DNA from: Octopus vulgaris
Taxonomy: Eukaryota
Assembly: GCA_951406725.2 (NCBI GenBank)
Contig: OX597824.1
Span: forward strand, 24,366,001 to 24,430,000
Length of the DNA stretch: 64,000 bases
Direction of reading: 5' to 3'
The notes below the pieces were generated by a model, which was given only the letters and a program-made list of their open reading frames with translations, was not told where the DNA came from and did not search any database. Position numbers and translations under genes: made by a program. Below are positions 54,812-64,000 of the stretch, in pieces (the first letter of the stretch is position 1; each line of letters starts with the position of its first letter).

Positions 54812-54812
<1 letters not shown>
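54415..54812 (-). mobile_element. SINE family A
   Basis: Family homology. Confidence 0.85.
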
Positions 54813-54862
<50 letters not shown>

Positions 54863-55637
54863 TTCCCAGTCCCCTTTCGTTTCCTCTCTTCCTCTCTCTA
54901 ATTCTTTTCATCTCTCCTTCTCCCCCTTTCGTGTTTCTCTCTCATCCTTTCTCTCTCCCCTTCACCGTCCTCTATCTGCCCCTCACTCTTTCTCAATCCT
55001 CCTCCTTTAGTCTCTTTGATTCTCACACGTGACTGTCAACCATCTTTCGATTCCTAACTTGAGCTTCTTTCTTTCCTTTTGATCTGCCACACATATCAGA
55101 TTCATTCTTGTCTGTCTCGTCTCTCCAAATCTTTTCTTCCGTCAAAGCTTGTTCCTCCACCGTTCGCCACCTCCCCTCGTTATGACTTAGCAGCCTTTAC
55201 TGTCCTGCTTTTCTTGCCAACGTTAACCCTCCACAAATCCCAAATTTTATTTTACTTTGCGGGAGCAACTGTTCTGTTGAAGATACATCTTGTCGTAATT
55301 GCTTGAAATGTGGAGTAGATAAGCAGCCGACAAGTGATGAAGGGCCGTTCTTTATGTTATTTGCTTTGTTTTCCATTTATTTCTTTGGATTCCAAGTTTT
55401 TGTATTTCCTATTTCATGTTGTTTACGTTTTATGACGTCCTGTACCCATATATGAATATATATACATACATACATATATATGTAAGTATATATACATGTA
55501 TACTTCCAAGTAAGTTTATCTTATATAGATATATATATATATCTTCTGATGAATAATGGTACTTATGTTGAGGCACCAGAATTTAGTACGGTATCATCCA
55601 TACAATTTCAAAATTCTAATCGCCTTATATGTATGTT

Positions 55638-55681
<44 letters not shown>

Positions 55682-55683
<2 letters not shown>

Positions 55684-55945
55684 CGGCGAGCTGGCAGAAG
55701 GGCGGCGAGCTGGCAGATAGGCGGCGAGCTGGCAGAAACGTTAGCACGCCGGGCGAAATGCGTAGCCGTATTTCGTCTGTCGTTACGTTCTGAGTTCAAA
55801 TTCCGCCGAGGTCGACTTTGCCTTTCATCCTTTCGGGGTCGATAAATAAAGTACCAGTTTCCAACTGGGGTCGATGTAATCGACTTAATACCATTGTCTG
55901 TCCTTGTTTGTCCCCTCTATGTTTAGCCCCTTGTGGGCAGTAAAG

Positions 55946-55949
<4 letters not shown>
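55682..55949 (+). mobile_element. SINE family M with triplicated 5' end
   Basis: GGCGGCGAGCTGGCAGA three times at 19 bp period, then a normal body; inserted in (TA)n. Confidence 0.92.
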
Positions 55950-55991
<42 letters not shown>

Positions 55992-56047
55992 GTATATATA
56001 TGTATGTATATATGCATATATTTATATACATATATATATATGCATAT

Positions 56048-56080
<33 letters not shown>

Positions 56081-56108
56081 CATATATATATATATATACA
56101 TATTATAA

Positions 56109-56139
<31 letters not shown>

Positions 56140-56602
56140 CACACACATAAGCATGCTTGCGTGTATAGATCATCCGTAATGTTTTTCTTCCGTGTTCTCT
56201 TAGAAAGCCGAAGCAAAATTAACCTATATATATATATATATATTTCTGCGTGTTTGTTTGAGCATATGCAATAAAGGAACACCTATGAATATGAAAACAA
56301 AAAACAAAAAAAAAACAATGAGTATGAGGAAGCACTCCTTTAATATTTCAACCCATTGATGGTTAAATAAAGTTGCTTGCAAGAAATTTTTACGCCCTCG
56401 TTTGTAATTAAGATTTACGCCTCAGTACGCACGTAGCTATATTATGTGTATATTTATGTTTATTCATATATAGAGTGTATTGTACAGCTAAACTCAATTC
56501 ATAATATTATGCGTATGTATAAATATATATATGTGTGTGTTTGTGTGTGCGCGTGTGGGTATGAATGTATACATAAGCATGTGCATACATGTATATGTAT
56601 GC

Positions 56603-56651
<49 letters not shown>

Positions 56652-56796
56652 CATATTTGAATATAAATACATACACACATATATATACGTTAAATATAAA
56701 TACACATACATATATACATGTATATATGTGTATATATGTATGTGTGCGTTTATATATATATATATATATGCAAATACGTATAAAGCAAAATACAAT

Positions 56797-57282
<486 letters not shown>

Positions 57283-57406
57283 TGTGTGTTGGGTGAAACA
57301 TAAAAGAAAAGAATATATATATGTATAAATGTATGGATGCATGTCTGACTGTGAATGTGCGTGAGTGTGCGTGTGTGTGTGTGTGTGTACGTACCCATAT
57401 ACATAC

Positions 57407-57441
<35 letters not shown>

Positions 57442-57800
57442 CATAAGTGTGAGATTCACAACATTATTCTGCAAATAATCGAAAGATGATGAGAATCCAA
57501 AAAAAAAAAAATCCTTACGATGCTGGTTATACATTCTTTTATTAAGTGAAAACCTCATACACACACTGTTACTATTAGTTTCCCCTATTTTCACCAAATA
57601 GGTTTAATACAATTATATTTTTATGTGGAATATTTTATTAAATCTTTTTGATATATCAGAACGTTATTGTGTAAGGTTAGCAGACGTTCGCTTCCTGTTT
57701 TTGTGATATAAGGTAAAAATTGAATTTTTAAATAGAACGAATACTTTTATTCACATAAACTAAAAAAAACATTTTATTATTTTAAAACTATATTTTTAAT

Positions 57801-58200
57801 AGGCGCAAGAGTGGCTGTGTGGTAGCTTCCTTACCAACCACATGGTTCCGGGTTCAGTCCCACTGCGTAGCACCTTGGGCAAGTGTCTTCTACTATAGCC
57901 TCGGGCCGAACAAAGCCTTGTGAGTGGATTTGATAGACGGAAACTGAAAGAAGCCCGTCGTATATATGTATGTGTATGTGTGTGTGTGTGTGTCTGTGTT
58001 TGTCCCCCAGCATCGCTTGACAACGGATGCTGGTGAGTTTACGTCTCCGTAACTTAGCGGTTCAGCAAACGAGACCAATAGAATAAGTACTAGGCTTACT
58101 AAGTATAAGTCCTGGGGTCGATTTCTTCGACTAAAGGAGGTGCTCCAGCATGACCGCAGTCAAATGACTGAAACAAGTAAAAGAGTAAAAAAGTAAAGAG
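57801..58200 (+). mobile_element. SINE family A, full length
   Basis: Family homology. Confidence 0.92.
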
Positions 58201-58833
58201 TATTAATGAATTTTATTGAATGATATTCGGGTTATAGCCATGCATATATTTTAAGAAATACTTTATTTTACGACAACAAAAATATATCGACAGTGAAGGA
58301 TGATACTTTAAGAATATTTATTTTCTCAAAGAGGTAATGCTAATAAATGCCACTATCCTGTTCATATATTTTGGAATATTGTAATATTTGTCAAAAACCT
58401 CCTAGTTAATATTCTTATTTTTCAAAGATCATATGTATTTTGATAGATTTGTGCCCACATAACTTTCCTGATTTCTGAGAGAATGTCCTTGCTGATTAAA
58501 TTGAGCCTTAAATATATTTCCAGTCAACCTAATATCAGCTTTAGAAATTGGATTATAAACTGTAAGTAGTTACGTTCGATACATCGTATTATTTCATGGA
58601 CAATTTATTAAGTGAGTTACATGAATAGAATGAAAGGATGTTGATACTTGTTTTTAAAATATTACTGATGCTTTAGTATATCTGGAGCAAAATAAGGTAG
58701 ACAAATGAGGCTAAGTATAACATATCCATGATGTACGTACTGACATACACACAGACACACACACATAAACATATATATTCTGTATATCCTGTTTTTTTTA
58801 CCTTATTAGTTAATGGAACGCTATGGCCCCCAG

Positions 58834-58906
<73 letters not shown>

Positions 58907-59169
58907 ACGTATGTATGCATGCATGTATGCCGTTTTTCTATATCTATGTGTGTGTGTCTTTGTGCCTGTGTCCCTGCCACCGCAGGAAAATCGGTATTTA
59001 CATCCCCGTAACCTAGCGGTTCGGCAAAAAAGAGCGATAGAATAACTGCTAGGTATTAAAAATAAAACAAATCCTGGAGTCGATTTGTTCGACTAAACCC
59101 TATCAAGACGGTACCCCAGTATGGCCGCACTAAAATGACTGAAACAAGTAAAAGATAATGAAAAAAAGA

Positions 59170-60081
<912 letters not shown>

Positions 60082-60319
60082 ATAGTTGAATCTCAAAAAC
60101 CCGCATCAAAAACAAATGCCACATAAAACAAACAAGTCAAACATTTTGAAACCTGTCCTTATGTGGTCTTTTCCATTCCCTAGGAATAGCAGTCGCGTCT
60201 CTCCAAAATCTTACTCTATTTCGTTCATGTGTCCTCTGGTTATAGTAAACATGAAAATGTAACAATTATACAGAACTGTCTATACTGCTTTTCCTTATTG
60301 CAATCAAATTCTAATATTC

Positions 60320-60734
60320 TCTTTTACTCTTTTACTTGTTTCAGTCATTTGACTGCGGCCATGCTGGAGCACCGCCTTTTTAATCGAGCAACTCGACCCC
60401 GGGACTTTATTCTTTTGTAAGCCCAGTACTTATTCTATCGGTCTCTTTTGCCGAACCGCTAAAGAACGGGGACATAAACACACCAGCATCGGTTGTCAAG
60501 CAATGCTAGGGGGACAAGCACAGACACACAAACACACACGCGCATATATATATATATATACATATATACGACGGGCTTCTTTCAGTTTCCGTCTAACAAA
60601 TCCACTCACAAGGGCTTTTGGTCGGCCCGAGGCTATAGTAGAAGACACTTGCCCAAGGTGCCACGCAGTGGGACTGAACCCGGAACCATGTGGTTGGTAA
60701 ACAAGCTACTTACCACACAGCCACTCCTACGCCT
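60320..60734 (-). mobile_element. SINE family A, full length
   Basis: Family homology. Confidence 0.92.
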
Positions 60735-60758
60735 ATATATATATATTATGCCTATCGA

Positions 60759-60970
60759 AGGTGGTGAGCTGGCAGAGTAGTTAGCATGCCGGGTAAAATG
60801 CTTGGTGGCATTTAACCCGTCTTAATGTTCTGAGTTCAAATTCCGACGAGGTCAACTTTGCCTTTCATCTTTTCGCAGTCGATAAAATATGTACTAGTTG
60901 AGTGCTGAGGTCGATGTAAGCGATTTATCGCCTCTCCTGAAATTGCAGGCCTTGTGCCAAAATTTGAAAT
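60759..60970 (+). mobile_element. SINE family M (older subfamily)
   Basis: GGTGGTGAGCTGGCAGA head; GCCTTTCATC core. Confidence 0.85.
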
Positions 60971-61110
60971 CAATATATATTATTTATATCTAATGCGCTT
61001 AGTTAGCAGAATCGTTTGCACTCCGGACAAAATTGACAGCAGAATAAAACTGGATATATAAATCGCTATTTTCCTTATTATTATTATTAATATATAAATA
61101 TGAGGAGCAA

Positions 61111-61443
61111 ACCCCACTTCGGTCATGAATGACCATGGGATTGCACCCAGAAAGTTACTCTCCAAGGCACAACTCCAGGCAAGGTTGTATGTGGAAGACC
61201 AGCAATCGCCCATGCATACCAGCCTCCCCTCTCCACACCACTGATGTTATTATCCAAAGGAAAGACAAAGGCCGATACAGCTTGGCACCTGTGATGCCGC
61301 AACTCATTTCTACAGTTAACTGGAGCAACATGAAATAAAGTGTCTTGCTCAAGAACACAACACGCAGCCCGGTCCGGGAATCGAACTCCCATCCTCACGA
61401 TCGAAAAACTCGACGCTCAAACCGTTGAGCCATGCGCCTTCAC
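61111..61443 (-). mobile_element. SINE family E, full length
   Basis: Homologous to 45259-45600. Confidence 0.9.
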
Positions 61444-61499
61444 ATTAAATAAATAAATATGTATAATAAATAAGTATAATAAATAATATAATAAATAAT

Positions 61500-61570
<71 letters not shown>

Positions 61571-61603
61571 TGAAGTATACCTCGCTCAGAGATTTATTAA
61601 TGC

Positions 61604-61645
<42 letters not shown>

Positions 61646-62487
61646 TTATATATATATAGGGAGAATTCACAAAAAAAAAGACGAAGACAGGTGGTGTAGA
61701 CAACAATCAGTTGTATTAGTTTAACGCTCGGGAAGTGAAAAAGTCTTTAACATTTCGAGCCTACGCTCTTCTACTGAAAGGAACACAATAAGAAACAAGG
61801 AGAGAAAATAAAGAATGTGTAGTGGCTAGCGACTTAACATGGCGAATGCCGGAGAGAGGGGTCACACAGGAGGACTGGGAAGAAGGGGAGATAATAAAGT
61901 AGTTGTGATTCCAAAACGAAGGTACGCGAGCGTGTGTATAAGAGAGCATGTATGTGCGTGTGGAAGAGGGTTAGTGACCTTGACGTATGCGTGTTTGTAT
62001 GTGTAGGTGTGTGGATGATGGTGTGGGGCTGGGAAGTGGTCAGTGCTATCGTGTGCGTGGTGGAGTGATGTGATGTGGTGTTGTGTGGTATGGTGTGGTG
62101 GTGTATGGTGTGGTGGTATGTGGTGTGATGTGATGGTGTTGGGATGTGGGGGAGGCGAGAATGAGGAAAGCAAGGGTGGGGTGTGGGTTAGGCTGGGGTG
62201 GGGTATGTAGGTTAGGCTAAGGGTGGAGGTAGAGGTGGGGTATGTGGGAGTGGGTTAAGGGATGGAGTCCGGTTGTCATGGTAACAAGCTGCTAATGCCA
62301 CGCTGTCTGTTGATTGGCTAAAATTACCCAAATTTCCCCAATAATTCCAAATAACAGATTCTTTAATTTACAAGATAAAGTAATTAGTTGATCGTAATCA
62401 AAATTCAGAGTTGCATCGAAGCACCAAAACTGAAAGCAATCTGTGCAAAATTAAAGGGGGTTCATTTTGTGAGTGAAATTTACTCGA

Positions 62488-62559
62488 GGTCTTATGGTGT
62501 AATGGTTAGCACTCTGGACTTTGAATCCAGCGATCTGAGTTCAAATCTCGGTGTGACCT
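62488..62559 (+). tRNA. trnQ-TTG: tRNA-Gln(TTG), possibly a pseudogene
   Basis: GGTCTTATGGTGTAATGGTTAGCACTCTGGACTTTGAATCCAGCGATCTGAGTTCAAATCTCGGTGTGACCT; complete cloverleaf, A and B boxes intact; U5.U68 mismatch in the acceptor stem. Confidence 0.88.
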
Positions 62560-62571
62560 AACAATATTACA

Positions 62572-62578
62572 TTTTTTT
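62572..62578 (+). terminator. Pol III oligo-T terminator of tRNA-Gln
   Basis: T7 run 12 nt after the tRNA 3' end. Confidence 0.6.
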
Positions 62579-62970
62579 AGGCGCATGAGTGGTAAGATGT
62601 TTGCTTCCCAACCACATGGCTCCGGGTTCAGTCATACTGCGTGGCACCTTGGGCAAGTGTCTTCTGCTATAGGTTCGGGCCAAACAAAGCCTTGTGAGTG
62701 GATTTGGTAGACGAAAACTGAAAGAAGCCCGTCGTATATATATATATGTATGCATACGTCTGTTGTTTGTGTCTGTGTTTGTCCCCCCAACATCGTTTAA
62801 CAACCGATGCTGGTGTTTCTACGTCCCCGTCACTTAGCGGTTCGGCAAAAAGAGACCGATGTAATACATACTAGGCTTACAAAGAATAAGTCCTGGGGTC
62901 GATTTTATTCGACTAAAGGTGGTGCTCCAGCATGACCGCAGTCAAATGACTGAAACAAGTAAAAGAGTAA
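62579..62970 (+). mobile_element. SINE family A
   Basis: Family homology. Confidence 0.9.
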
Positions 62971-63094
62971 CTAGATCCTTTTTCTTTTTCTTTCTTGCGA
63001 GAGAAGAATGAATATATAGTGCGTGTGTTTATTTGATCAAAAAGAAATGACCGTCCCAAAATACAATATATATGTATGTATGTCAGGTCATTTT

Positions 63095-63480
63095 CGAGTG
63101 CAACTGGTAACATGTAACCCAGTACAACCTGTTGCATGGTCGGGTCGTCGGCGACTAAACCGGCAACCCCACCAAGCTTGCTTGGTGAGGAGGGTGTTTA
63201 TTTGTCACCCTGCAGGATGAAAAACAAAACCCGTCAAAGGGCGGAGGAACTATTGAGAGTCAACGGTCATTCAATAAATGTCTTAAGGCTGTATCATGCG
63301 CGGGGACATAGAAATAATCGGACTGAATATCCGATCGCGCGGTTAAACCATTGGGAGTGAAGGACTCCTAGCCTTTGTTAGGGCATCCTTCTAGAAGGTA
63401 ACTCAGGTAACTGGGATAACTCCGACATAAAATCTGCGGCTCAGTGGTTACCGATGATATTGACTTGTTCTTCTTTCCGG
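63095..63480 (+). mobile_element. Possible RTE-like LINE 5' UTR remnant
   Basis: GC-richer block with AGGGCATCCTTCTAGAAGGTAACTC, reminiscent of RTE 5' UTRs; no ORF support. Confidence 0.3.
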
Positions 63481-63502
63481 ATTATGGCTACTGTTGCTTA
63501 GT

Positions 63503-63872
63503 GAGTGTGATTGACTCAGTGCACAGCCTTTCCTCACTTTAAAAAAATTCTTGCACAGGCATTGCAAGATAACAACATTGTTCATGATTGTTGATGGTGC
63601 TGTGAGTCTCAACTGAATGGCCGGCTGTAGCCTTAAAAAAGCAAATAAAAGTCACATTCGAACCCAGCACCAATAACAGTTAAGCTTCGTGCAATGGCCA
63701 TACTCGATAACGAGGGGGCAGCCATCATGTATGTAGTGAGCGGGATTGACTCAGTGCACAGCCTTTCCTCACTTTAAAAAAAATCTTCTTGCACAGGCAT
63801 TGCACGATAACAACATTGATTAAGTTTCGTGCAATGACCATACTCGATAACGAGGGGGCAACCATCATGTAT
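63503..63872. repeat. Tandem duplication with internal deletion in copy 2
   Basis: GATTGACTCAGTGCACAGCC...AACAACATTG and TTAAG.TTCGTGCAATG...CCATCATGTATG each occur twice. Confidence 0.9.
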
Positions 63873-64000
63873 GTATGTATGTATGTATGTATGTATGTAT
63901 GTATGTATGTATGTATGTATGTGTGTATGTATACGACGGGCTTCTTTCAGTTTCATTCTAACAAAAACATTCCAAATTCTAACTATAGCACGAGGTCATA

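Overview
AT-rich, microsatellite-saturated metazoan intergenic or intronic DNA. The SINE families and repeat density suggest a cephalopod (octopus-like) genome; this is an inference. No host protein-coding gene is recognisable, and almost all ORFs in the supplied track are translations of simple repeats. The window contains: (i) over 30 copies or fragments of several tRNA-derived SINE families; (ii) 3' fragments of four non-LTR retrotransposon types (Tx1/L1-like at (CTAT)n, R4/Dong-like at (AAT)n, RTE-like, and a CR1/L2-type LINE sharing its 3' tail with the dominant SINE); (iii) mariner and hAT-like DNA-transposon remnants; (iv) one tRNA-Gln(TTG) gene or pseudogene; (v) several hammerhead-ribozyme (HHR) motifs in Penelope/retrozyme-like fragments next to (TA)n tracts. 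Two structures stand out. One is a head-to-tail array of three 557-558 bp units, each carrying a minimal type I HHR, capped by an inverted fragment (40651-42388). The other is a hairpin with 94 bp arms whose loop is a reverse copy of the 3' half of mature tRNA-Trp including CCA (52343-52570). All alignments and folds were done by eye.
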